Virus record (IMG/VR): IMGVR_UViG_3300049201_000004
Span: 1-38,093 of that record
Length of the DNA stretch: 38,093 nt
Source: a virus
Taxonomy: Duplodnaviria; Caudoviricetes
Reading direction: 5' to 3' (one strand)
Positions within the stretch are counted from its first letter, which is position 1; the number at the start of each line of letters is the position of its first letter. A program made the position numbers and the translations under genes. The notes beneath the pieces were generated by a model that saw only the letters and a program-made list of their open reading frames with translations, did not search any database and was not told the origin of the DNA. Shown in pieces: positions 28,625-36,623 of this stretch.

Positions 28625-30178
28625 TTAGTTGAACAGAGAATTGCCACCCAGGATCGACTGGAGTTCAGACGTCTTGTAGGGCGAAGCGGTTTCGGATTTG
28701 CGCGCGGTGACCGTCGACACAGGAGTTGCGACCGTGGCAACGGTAGCTTCTTCCGTATCTTCAACATCATCCGTGTCGAGACGTTCGAGGTCCGACTCGT
28801 CTTCAACAGTTGCCTGCGTGGGCAGGTACTTGCTGAGGTTCATTGCCTGAGCCAGACCGTTGCGGGCAGCAACGTCCTGTTCCGACAGCTCGCGTGCGAT
28901 CGTCAGGATTTCCCGGACTTGCGCAACGCCATGCGAGGCGAAGATGCGATCCACGACCTTGGCAGCGTTCTTCACGCCGATGGAAGTGAACTCGTTGATC
29001 AGCGCAGCCTTCACCGGGTCTTGCTTGTTGCGCCAGAAGTTGGCAGCAAAACCAGCAGCTGCGATGTCCAGCGATTGCTGGAAGTCGGCAGCGATCTCGG
29101 CGATCTTTGCAGTGATCTTCTTCTTGTCTGTTGCGACGGTGGCTTCCACGCGCTTCAGGGCCTCGGCCTTCACGTTGACCGTGACGGATGCAGGCTTGAA
29201 ACCGTAGTTGGCAACCGTCTTGCTGAGGCCGAGCGTCCGGATGCTGTGAGCCACGGCCGTTTGGAAGGCAGCGGTTTGCAGCATTTCGGCGTTTTCGCCA
29301 GCAGCTTCGGGGCTCAGGGTAGCCAGAACCACGACTTGATCGGCGGAAGCAGCAGCGATGCTCATGCTCTTGCCGACGTAGACGAACGAGAGCTGGGTGC
29401 CTTCGGGGCTGAGGTTGCTGTCCTTGTTCGAGTCGAATTCGGAAAGCAGGTCCACAGTCACGGGAGGCGATTCCGGCGGATCGATGCCTTGGTCGTCACC
29501 CTTCGACACGGCGGGCGTGACGGCGGGATCCATGTCCAGAGGCTGGTCCGAGGGGATCTCGTTGGTGTTTTCGCCGTCTTCCTTCGACGGGATGTCCTGA
29601 CCATCGTCAGCGGCAGTCACGTCGTCGAACAGCGAGTCGTCTTCGATGTCCACGGTGTCCATCGAGTCGATATCGTCCAGATCCAACAGCTCGCCATCGA
29701 GGCCGTCGTCCAGACCGTCGAGGCCGTCCAGGTCGAGATCATCGCCCAGATCTGCCTTGACCTTCGTGGAGGCAGTGCTTTTGTAGTGCATCGGGTGACC
29801 GCATGCGGTGCAGTTGAGGTGGGAAGTGGCCGCAACGACGCCCTTGGGCAGAACGTTGTGGGTGTGGCACGCCGTGCAGTTCACAAGCGAAAGGGCTTCG
29901 TCGTTGGCGATGACTGGTTTCACGACCTTGACACTGGCCTCCACACGACCGGAACCGCAAGCGCTGCAATGGTATTGCATGCCAGCGATCTCGGGCGCTG
30001 CGAACACGGTGCCGCAATCGGTGCACGAGTGTTCAAGGTACTTGAACTTCGCGATGACAGCGGACGCGTTCGCGTCATGGAGGAGGTTGGTCTCGGTGGT
30101 CGCGAAAACAAACATCCCGCCGGCTTCTTTCGCCGCGCTTGCGATGACAGCGGCTTTCTTCTGGAGGGTTTTGTCCAT
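28625..30178 (-). CDS. Scaffold-like head protein with four CxxC motifs (517 aa)
   Basis: CTDC, CSAC, CTAC, CTAC, then an acidic linker and helical C-terminus; first gene of the head run; AAGGAG RBS. Confidence 0.6.
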   Translation of the reverse strand: MDKTLQKKAAVIASAAKEAGGMFVFATTETNLLHDANASAVIAKFKYLEHSCTDCGTVFAAPEIAGMQYHCSACGSGRVEASVKVVKPVIANDEALSLVNCTACHTHNVLPKGVVAATSHLNCTACGHPMHYKSTASTKVKADLGDDLDLDGLDGLDDGLDGELLDLDDIDSMDTVDIEDDSLFDDVTAADDGQDIPSKEDGENTNEIPSDQPLDMDPAVTPAVSKGDDQGIDPPESPPVTVDLLSEFDSNKDSNLSPEGTQLSFVYVGKSMSIAAASADQVVVLATLSPEAAGENAEMLQTAAFQTAVAHSIRTLGLSKTVANYGFKPASVTVNVKAEALKRVEATVATDKKKITAKIAEIAADFQQSLDIAAAGFAANFWRNKQDPVKAALINEFTSIGVKNAAKVVDRIFASHGVAQVREILTIARELSEQDVAARNGLAQAMNLSKYLPTQATVEDESDLERLDTDDVEDTEEATVATVATPVSTVTARKSETASPYKTSELQSILGGNSLFN

Positions 30179-30310
30179 GCAGACTCCTTGTTGAGAATTC
30201 TCGTTGAGAAATCAGGCAAGCACCTGCTAACCCGACGCATCAAAATACCGTTTGCAGCCAAAAGTGCAAAAAGCCCAAAAGGCGTGTTGTACCCGTTGGA
30301 CATTATTCAC

Positions 30311-30319
30311 GTGTAAATA
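30311..30319 (+). promoter_or_regulatory. Candidate phage promoter motif GTGTAAATA
   Basis: Intergenic; identical copies at 34427-34435 and 36964-36972, each upstream of a plus-strand gene. Confidence 0.55.
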
Positions 30320-30372
30320 GGGTAGTGAATCACTCACAGTCTAACAACCGAACTGTAGCAAGGAACATATAA

Positions 30373-30792
30373 ATGGAACAGGAACTCAACACGACGAATG
30401 AATATACGTGCGCGGTTGACACTCAAGGTCACGCATCACGATTCGTCAGCGACAAGTCTGCTGAGGAGGTCAAGCTTTATCCGGATGAATTGTCCAAGTC
30501 TGTGGACAAAATCTGCGTGAAGAAATTGGGTCGCAATTCCAATTTCGCGTGGTATCCGTCGAATCATATGGTGTACTTCGGAATCCTCGGCCGTCATAGC
30601 TACGAGCAAGCGTTCAACGGTGGCACTCGCATTGTCAATCCGCAGAATATCTACGGCAGCAGCGGCTTCGACGCCAAGGTATTCGAGCGTGAAATGGCTA
30701 ACCAGAACACGTGGATGCTGGACCTGACTCCCAGCTACAACCGTCTGAACGTCAAGGTGCGGAATATCGTAGACAACTGGGGCAGGCTGTGA
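30373..30792 (+). CDS. Hypothetical protein (139 aa)
   Basis: AAGGA RBS; first gene of the plus-strand block. Confidence 0.75.
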   Translation: MEQELNTTNEYTCAVDTQGHASRFVSDKSAEEVKLYPDELSKSVDKICVKKLGRNSNFAWYPSNHMVYFGILGRHSYEQAFNGGTRIVNPQNIYGSSGFDAKVFEREMANQNTWMLDLTPSYNRLNVKVRNIVDNWGRL

Positions 30793-31499
30793 ACAAGGTC
30801 GCACAGACGCTGTTCACTCGCGTGAGCGAAGACGGCAAGACTTTGGATAATGGCAACTGCTTGCAGGCTTGTGTCGCTACCTTGTTGAACGTGCCTCTGG
30901 AACGAGTGCCTCACTTTGGTGACCTTGACTTCATAGACAAGCACGACGGATTGTTCTGGCCGGGCGTGCGCAAGTGGGCGGCTTCAGTGGGACTATTCGT
31001 TCTAGAGGTCGACAAGTACGATCAGATGCTGTTGAACGATTGCCCGGCCTACATCGGAATCGGACAGAGTTCCAATGCTGTGGATGGTCACACGATTCGC
31101 GATCACGCAGTGGTTATGGGGCATCATCAGAGTCTGCTGTGGGATCCCAATCCGAATACCGGAGGCTTGAAGCTCCTATACCACTTCATGGCCTTCGTAG
31201 TGGTGCAGCCCACTCTGTTCGCAGACTTCGTCAAACCACCTGCGTGGACGTTGGGAATGGATACGCGCACAGTGTTCGGTCCTCCTCCCAGTGTGAAGCT
31301 TGATCCAGCTGTCGGCTTTCCGATCGGTGAACGAAGAGGCCCTCCATACTTTGTGACCGGAACAGCACTCGATCCGGTGAAGCCCGGTGATCTGGTGGCC
31401 TCCGTTGGTGAGTTGCGCGGGAAGCTCGTAAACCTGAATATCAACGGTGACGTGCAGAATGAAGGACAACGCGCGATGCCTCGAAAGGAAGTGCCATGA
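30789..31499 (+). CDS. Papain-like (C39-like) cysteine hydrolase domain protein (236 aa)
   Basis: GTGA overlap with the previous stop; GNCLQACVA, HAVV and WDPNP give a Cys-His-Asp order. Confidence 0.6.
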   Translation: MNKVAQTLFTRVSEDGKTLDNGNCLQACVATLLNVPLERVPHFGDLDFIDKHDGLFWPGVRKWAASVGLFVLEVDKYDQMLLNDCPAYIGIGQSSNAVDGHTIRDHAVVMGHHQSLLWDPNPNTGGLKLLYHFMAFVVVQPTLFADFVKPPAWTLGMDTRTVFGPPPSVKLDPAVGFPIGERRGPPYFVTGTALDPVKPGDLVASVGELRGKLVNLNINGDVQNEGQRAMPRKEVP

Positions 31500-31804
31500 A
31501 CTGGAAAGAAGCCATGGTGTGCATGCGTGAGGGAAGCGCAGTACGACGTCAAGCCCACATGACAACTGTGCCGATGGGTGAAACCGAGGACGGCATTCCC
31601 ATCATCTGCGGTGGTGAGGAAGGCATCCGCCTGATGACTGCGTGGACTGATGACGACAAGGTTGTCTCAGTCTTCGTGGGCAACACCAGCAAAGTGTTCT
31701 TCGTACCGGGCGACGAACACCACTACGCCGATGACTGGGTGATAGTTGGTAAGAAGACAGACATTCCTCTGCATCTTACTCCCGATGTGAACGACAACGA
31801 GTAA
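31496..31804 (+). CDS. DUF2829/Tad2-like small protein (102 aa)
   Basis: MNWKEAM..MREG.AVRR N-terminus and ADDWVIV C-terminal motif match the family pattern as I recall it; the middle is divergent. Confidence 0.55.
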   Translation: MNWKEAMVCMREGSAVRRQAHMTTVPMGETEDGIPIICGGEEGIRLMTAWTDDDKVVSVFVGNTSKVFFVPGDEHHYADDWVIVGKKTDIPLHLTPDVNDNE

Positions 31805-31824
31805 CTGAATAACAAGGAACAATC

Positions 31825-32949
31825 ATGAGCTACGAACTGGTGAAGAAGGAAGTGGAAACCACGCGGTCCCGTTTCCAGCAATGGTACGGAGCCTCCAAGT
31901 ACACGCAGCTTGGAAATCCTGGTCAATACCTGCAACCGTGCTACGACGCGTGGTTGGCCTGCACCTTGCAGCCCTCCTTCCAGGAGCAGGTGTTCCCGTG
32001 GACGCGCAAGGTGTTCGGCACCGAGGTCGCAGTGCACAAACCGACTCGCCTGTTCCGGTTCATCGAGGAAGCCGTGGAATTGGTGCAGGCCGGGGGCGCT
32101 ACCCGCGATCAAGTGATGGCCGTCGTGGACTATGTGTTCAACCGACCTGTCGGCGAAGTGAAGCAGGAAGTAGGCGGCGTGATGGTCACGCTCGCAGCCT
32201 TGTGCAACGCGTTCGACGTCAACATGAATGTCGAGGGCACTGCCGAGTTGGAGCGCGTGCAGTCGGACGAGATGATCGAGAAGATTCGCAAGAAGCAGCA
32301 GTCCAAGCTCTTCAACATCTTCGACGTGGCAGCCGGTGTTCCGACCTATGTTGATCCGTCGAAGCTCATGAGCAAGAGCGAGCGTCAGGTGCGTCGCATT
32401 CTGGCGCGATACGCTGCCGGTCCGGGCGTTTACTTCGATGATGGTGAAGCCAGTGACTCTGGTGAATATCCTGTCATCGACTTCCTGCGCTTCCCTCCTG
32501 ACCAGATCGAGAAGTGCTTGGCTGAACGGAATCTCAAGAAGAACCAGCCCTTGCTCGAGGGCGTGCGCAAGAAGAACGAGGTCCTTGAAGACGAGGTAGA
32601 AGAACTCTACAACGTTAGCCATGGCTTTCTCAAGGAAATCACGGGCTTGTACATCCCGGAGCAACCGTGTAGCAACCGAGGGCTGAAGATGATCGTCATC
32701 AGCTCGCAGTACCTGAAGAAGCGCCAGATGTGGGACGCTATCTCGGAATCGCTGGAAAAGGTGGACGTGAAGACTATCGACGTCTTGACCGCAGTGGCAC
32801 TAGCACGCAACACCTACGCGTTCCGCATGCACGTACCCGCGTGGCACGCCTATCTCCGCCGCTGCAAGGAAGAGTTCGTGAATCATCGCAAGGGCGAAGA
32901 GAGCGTATGGCGTGGTCTGTACGAGAATGAAGTGCGAACCGCGTCATGA
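31825..32949 (+). CDS. Multidomain protein with MazG-like all-alpha NTP pyrophosphatase domain (374 aa)
   Basis: RFIEEAVEL...QEVGGVMVTLAALC (EExxE...E); second module YFDDGEASD...IDFLR; third module paralogous to the next gene. Confidence 0.6.
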   Translation: MSYELVKKEVETTRSRFQQWYGASKYTQLGNPGQYLQPCYDAWLACTLQPSFQEQVFPWTRKVFGTEVAVHKPTRLFRFIEEAVELVQAGGATRDQVMAVVDYVFNRPVGEVKQEVGGVMVTLAALCNAFDVNMNVEGTAELERVQSDEMIEKIRKKQQSKLFNIFDVAAGVPTYVDPSKLMSKSERQVRRILARYAAGPGVYFDDGEASDSGEYPVIDFLRFPPDQIEKCLAERNLKKNQPLLEGVRKKNEVLEDEVEELYNVSHGFLKEITGLYIPEQPCSNRGLKMIVISSQYLKKRQMWDAISESLEKVDVKTIDVLTAVALARNTYAFRMHVPAWHAYLRRCKEEFVNHRKGEESVWRGLYENEVRTAS

Positions 32950-33245
32950 GCGTAGCCGTTTACATTCCAGAACTGCCTTCCAATCGATTCAGCATTCGTG
33001 ACATGATGGTATCGATCGACCGTCTACGTGGCAGCCAAAACTGGGAGACTATCGACGAGTGCTTGGCACGTATCAGTATGGATCAGCTAGACGCGCTGTC
33101 GGCAACGGCTCTTGCTCGCAGCACCTATGCATTCCGATCGGAGCTGAAGAACTGGACGTCGTTCCTGCACCGAGCCAAAGGTGAATTCCCTGAACCTGCT
33201 TCTCTGTGGGTCGGCTTCACTCAGGAGGACTTCAAATGGACGTGA
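32946..33245 (+). CDS. Hypothetical protein, paralogue of the preceding gene's C-terminal domain (99 aa)
   Basis: ATGA overlap; shares YIPE.P, ALAR.TYAFR, W..[FY]L.R.K.EF and S.W.G. Confidence 0.8.
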   Translation: MSVAVYIPELPSNRFSIRDMMVSIDRLRGSQNWETIDECLARISMDQLDALSATALARSTYAFRSELKNWTSFLHRAKGEFPEPASLWVGFTQEDFKWT

Positions 33246-33571
33246 TCGACATGAACAAGTTTCAGGACGACTACCTGAAGCAAAGCAGCATGGAGTCCAT
33301 CGCCGATGTACTGGATCGGACATCCCTTATGATGTTTCAGCGCGACTCACTGGACGTGGACAACCTGTTCATCAACCTCGCGATCATCGAGCTGATGGAC
33401 GAGACAGGGAGCTACGACTACAGCGACTTGGCCGTCAAGCTGTTCCTCACCAAGTACATCGGCGTGTGGCGTTCGCGCTTCCGGCGGAAACTCGATAAGA
33501 TCCACGCTTACATGCTGGCTGCCGAAGAGGCCAGAGCCGTCCACAAGGAAAGACAACATGCTGATAGATGA
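33236..33571 (+). CDS. Hypothetical helical protein (111 aa)
   Basis: AGGAGG RBS before ATG 33236. Confidence 0.75.
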   Translation: MDVIDMNKFQDDYLKQSSMESIADVLDRTSLMMFQRDSLDVDNLFINLAIIELMDETGSYDYSDLAVKLFLTKYIGVWRSRFRRKLDKIHAYMLAAEEARAVHKERQHADR

Positions 33572-34040
33572 AAACGGCAAGAGACAGAGCATCATCAGCA
33601 GTTCGCACATCAGTGGCTTTGTTGGCGAGTCGCGCTGGCTCTCCAACTTCTGGGTCGATGAGGATCATCCGATCTACCTATTCGATCTGGAGTTCCCCTC
33701 CGTCGAGAACGGCTATCAGGCATGGAAGTCCGACGATCCTCTGGTTTGGAAGCACTTCACGACCATCAAGCCGTGGGAAGCGCAAAAGCAAGGTCAGGAG
33801 ATCGAACTGCGTGCTAACTGGCAGGAGCTGAGGTACGGAGCAATGATGTTCTGCCGCCTGCAGATGTTCCGAGACAACCCGAAGCAGTGGAAGAAGCTGA
33901 AGCGCACCGGCAACAAGGTCTTGGTGGAAAGCAACAACTGGGGTGACTACTTCTGGGGAGAGGACTGGAAGACAGGCAGAGGCAGGAACGAGCTTGGCAA
34001 GATGACCATGATGATCAGGTCCCTCCCTGATCCCACGTAG
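33558..34040 (+). CDS. NADAR (YbiA-like) family protein
   Basis: WLSNF, FPSVENGYQAWK, R.NW, TGNKVLVE, WGDYFWG and GRNELGK..M.IR motifs. Confidence 0.92.
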   Translation: MLIDENGKRQSIISSSHISGFVGESRWLSNFWVDEDHPIYLFDLEFPSVENGYQAWKSDDPLVWKHFTTIKPWEAQKQGQEIELRANWQELRYGAMMFCRLQMFRDNPKQWKKLKRTGNKVLVESNNWGDYFWGEDWKTGRGRNELGKMTMMIRSLPDPT

Positions 34041-34044
34041 ACAC

Positions 34045-34410
34045 AGGACTCCTCGCCACTCCTATTGACAAACGAATACATAGTATACAGGGGTCTGTAC
34101 TACCATATACATAGGGAGTCCTCTACCTGTGGATGGTGGGGATGTAGGAGGTCTGTGGAGTGGTGGGGACACGGTTGGAGGGTCTACCCGGCCTTCAGGC
34201 ACGATAGCAGTCCCCAACGGAGTCCATTCCACTACGGTTCAGGAGACGTAGTAGAGGGGATCTCAAATATAGGAGTTTTTTCGATGACTCTGTACTACCA
34301 TATATATGGTACAGAACGACTCTCCAGAAAAGAGCAGTTTTCGCAGAAATAAGAGACAAGATTCTGTACTACGAAAGCGGTAGTACAAGGAAGTACAACA
34401 AGGTACACGG
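34045..34410. repeat. Origin-like non-coding region with direct repeats and palindromes
   Basis: TCTGTACTACCATATA at 34094-34109 and 34289-34304; TCTGTACTAC at 34363-34372; palindromes at 34289-34315 and 34365-34387; GTACA at 34383, 34393 and 34403; inverted pair AGGACTCC/GGAGTCCT at 34045/34115. Confidence 0.7.
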
Positions 34411-34426
34411 TTCAGTAGGGGAGAGG

Positions 34427-34435
34427 GTGTAAATA
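34427..34435 (+). promoter_or_regulatory. Candidate promoter motif GTGTAAATA (second copy)
   Basis: 33 nt upstream of ATG 34469. Confidence 0.5.
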
Positions 34436-34468
34436 AGCTACAGGAAGACCAGAGGGTCACAAAGCACA

Positions 34469-35719
34469 ATGAAACTGAAGAAACCACACAACATCATGCT
34501 AGACGGGTCTCGCACGGGGACCAGTTTGAGCCACTTGGCGAATGCCTCTTACGGGAGCTACGGCGGGCAAAGTTCTGTAGATCAGTCTGAGTCCAAGATG
34601 GAACTGAGCGAAGATGAGAGCGCGCAGCTGAAGATAATGATGGACAAAGCCGGGGCCGTGGTGGCTGAGCGGGAGATGCGCTTCAATGTCACCAGGAAGA
34701 AATCGACTATGTGTCTGTCGATGCGCGCCAACGAGAACAACGCCAAGAAGAAGTACCTGAACCTGAGCGGCAATCCACTTACTTTTATCACAGGCAGCAA
34801 TGTGTACGGGAGCCCGAATCCCGTCAAGCAATTGAAGTTCTGCTGGAACAAGTGCCTGGAACGGCTGGAGCGAGATGCCGGGATGAAGGCTCCCAAACGG
34901 ATTCATCGGGAGATCGAGAAGGCGCGGATCCACATCAACAGCTTGGAATGGGCCTGCTACACTGAAGAGATGCGCGATCCTCTGAAGATGCTGAACGAGT
35001 GGCACTCCATGTTCCACCTGACACGCAGAAAGCGCGACGACGGGATGCAAGAGTTCCTGGCCGACATGCTGAACGTGCAGTGGATTGACAGCCAATACAA
35101 GGATTCGTTCCGCCTGAAGATACTCGATGCACAGAGGAGAACAGTGTGCATGATCGGCTTCTACGACAAAGCCACCGAGATGGTGCGGAAGGCCGAAGAG
35201 ATGGGCGAAGATGTGGAAGCCGTCCGGGCCTCCATTCCCGATACGATCAGGAACCGGTTGAGGCTGGACATCCAGCTGACCCACTTGTGGTTCAAGAACA
35301 AGAGGGCTACACGGCTCGACGACCTGATCAAGCTGGTGGGCAATCCCAAGACCTACGACGGCGACTGGGGTGCCATGATACGCGACGAGGTCATGAAGGT
35401 CGTGGACAAGACTCATCTGGTACGCATGTTCCAGTTGAACGGCCGAAAGATTCTGGAAGCCCATGAAGCGGGACTCGAGAGCGTACCGGGGATGCCCCAA
35501 CATATCCCCACCGAGTTGCTGGTTCAGCTGCTCTACGCAAGGGCCACCAAAGACATGGACACGCAACAGATGGCCGACTACCTGAGCGCCAAGCCCAAGG
35601 CTTTGGAACGGGTGCGGGCCACAGTCAGGGAGATCCGACCGCTGAAGGACGCCAAACGCTTCGCCATCGACATGAGTCCGGTGAAGATCGAGCAGGCCGA
35701 GGACGGTGAAACTACTTAA
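34469..35719 (+). CDS. Rolling-circle replication initiator-like protein (inovirus gpII/X, Rep_trans-type; 416 aa)
   Basis: LNLSGNPLTFITGSNVYGS resembles the GNP.KF.QGHN.FG motif of gpII/X (Phage_CRI) proteins; FYDKATEM matches the catalytic Y-x-K-x-x-E; RLRLDIQL is in the position of the R-x-E strand. Confidence 0.65.
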   Translation: MKLKKPHNIMLDGSRTGTSLSHLANASYGSYGGQSSVDQSESKMELSEDESAQLKIMMDKAGAVVAEREMRFNVTRKKSTMCLSMRANENNAKKKYLNLSGNPLTFITGSNVYGSPNPVKQLKFCWNKCLERLERDAGMKAPKRIHREIEKARIHINSLEWACYTEEMRDPLKMLNEWHSMFHLTRRKRDDGMQEFLADMLNVQWIDSQYKDSFRLKILDAQRRTVCMIGFYDKATEMVRKAEEMGEDVEAVRASIPDTIRNRLRLDIQLTHLWFKNKRATRLDDLIKLVGNPKTYDGDWGAMIRDEVMKVVDKTHLVRMFQLNGRKILEAHEAGLESVPGMPQHIPTELLVQLLYARATKDMDTQQMADYLSAKPKALERVRATVREIRPLKDAKRFAIDMSPVKIEQAEDGETT

Positions 35720-35737
35720 CCGAAAGGACCACGACAT

Positions 35738-36205
35738 ATGGACAATGAAAAGAAAACACTGCCAGCCCAACCAGTGACGGATGATCGCGACTTCAGGACC
35801 GCTGATGGCCCGGACATTCGTGACCACAAGATCTGGGTTTGGTATTCGGATGGCCAGATCCCCTGCTGGCGTCCCGCTACCTTGGGTCAGTTGACGGATC
35901 AGTTCCGCGACAGTCCCGATTGGGTCGAGGGTCAGTACATGATTCGACTGGACGAACCGAAGGACGTGTGGCAATCGCCCTATCCGCAGACAGGCCTGAG
36001 CAGCCCGGTCAAAAGCCGGAGCTCCAAGATCGGCTATATGTGCGCGGTCGACTTCACATACCATCTGGAGCAGGACGTGAAGCCCCTCACGATCTATCGC
36101 ACGGAGCAAGACTTGAAAGACAAGCGGGCGTGCGTTGAAGAGTGCGGAGCCGTCGAGGTGGAGATCAGTGTCAAGAAGGTGCTGATCGAAGGACACGGCA
36201 CATGA
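35738..36205 (+). CDS. Hypothetical protein (155 aa)
   Basis: AAAGGA RBS; typical codon usage. Confidence 0.75.
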   Translation: MDNEKKTLPAQPVTDDRDFRTADGPDIRDHKIWVWYSDGQIPCWRPATLGQLTDQFRDSPDWVEGQYMIRLDEPKDVWQSPYPQTGLSSPVKSRSSKIGYMCAVDFTYHLEQDVKPLTIYRTEQDLKDKRACVEECGAVEVEISVKKVLIEGHGT

Positions 36206-36393
36206 AGACGGCGCGGCAGCAACGTATCGATCTGCTGCGCCAACGTCAACCACTTGCTGAACTCGAACGCAAGTGGAACAAGGTGAAGGACAGTCGGCAC
36301 GCGCGACACTACTGGACAGTCGAATGGCTGGACTTGGCAAGTGCGCGTGCCGAAGCCCTTCGCTTCAATATCGATGAAGGAGACACGACATGA
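36202..36393 (+). CDS. Small basic hypothetical protein (63 aa)
   Basis: ATGA overlaps at both ends; AAGGA RBS (MKTARQQ...). Confidence 0.7.
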   Translation: MKTARQQRIDLLRQRQPLAELERKWNKVKDSRHARHYWTVEWLDLASARAEALRFNIDEGDTT

Positions 36394-36602
36394 ACACCCT
36401 CTTACTGGTTCTGGTGCTTGGAGTATTGGCGTGGGTTGCCTACGCTGTGATCCATGCACTTCTGACCATCAGGCAGGTGAACTTAGACATCAAGCGACGG
36501 AGGGTCGCACATCAGAAGGAGATCGAAGCGCAACTAGAACAGATTCGCAATCTGAAACCCGGTCGGAACGGCACTAGCCTGAAGGCCGACAACTCATCTT
36601 GA
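36390..36602 (+). CDS. Small single-pass membrane protein (70 aa)
   Basis: AAGGAG RBS; N-terminal hydrophobic helix. Confidence 0.75.
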   Translation: MNTLLLVLVLGVLAWVAYAVIHALLTIRQVNLDIKRRRVAHQKEIEAQLEQIRNLKPGRNGTSLKADNSS

Positions 36603-36623
36603 AAGCATTTAGGAGAAGACTTC

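Noticed and set aside
267-30316. Many long plus-strand ORFs (e.g. 2276-3583, 19183-20799, 26988-28616, 28382-30316)
   Set aside because: Antisense shadows of codon-biased minus-strand structural genes; no RBS or recognisable motifs.
34065-34095. Perfect TTGACA as a sigma70 -35 box
   Set aside because: No -10 match at 16-18 nt spacing; TAGTAT and TATACA are only 10 and 13 nt away.
34065-34352. 95-aa ORF in the origin-like region
   Set aside because: TTG start without RBS, atypical composition, overlaps the DNA repeats.
34094-34372. TCTGTACTAC repeats as a CRISPR mini-array
   Set aside because: Repeats are 10-16 nt with irregular spacing (195 and 74 nt); no cas genes.
34499-36340. 613-aa minus-strand ORF (also 31723-32664)
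   Set aside because: Antisense to well-supported plus-strand genes; no motifs.
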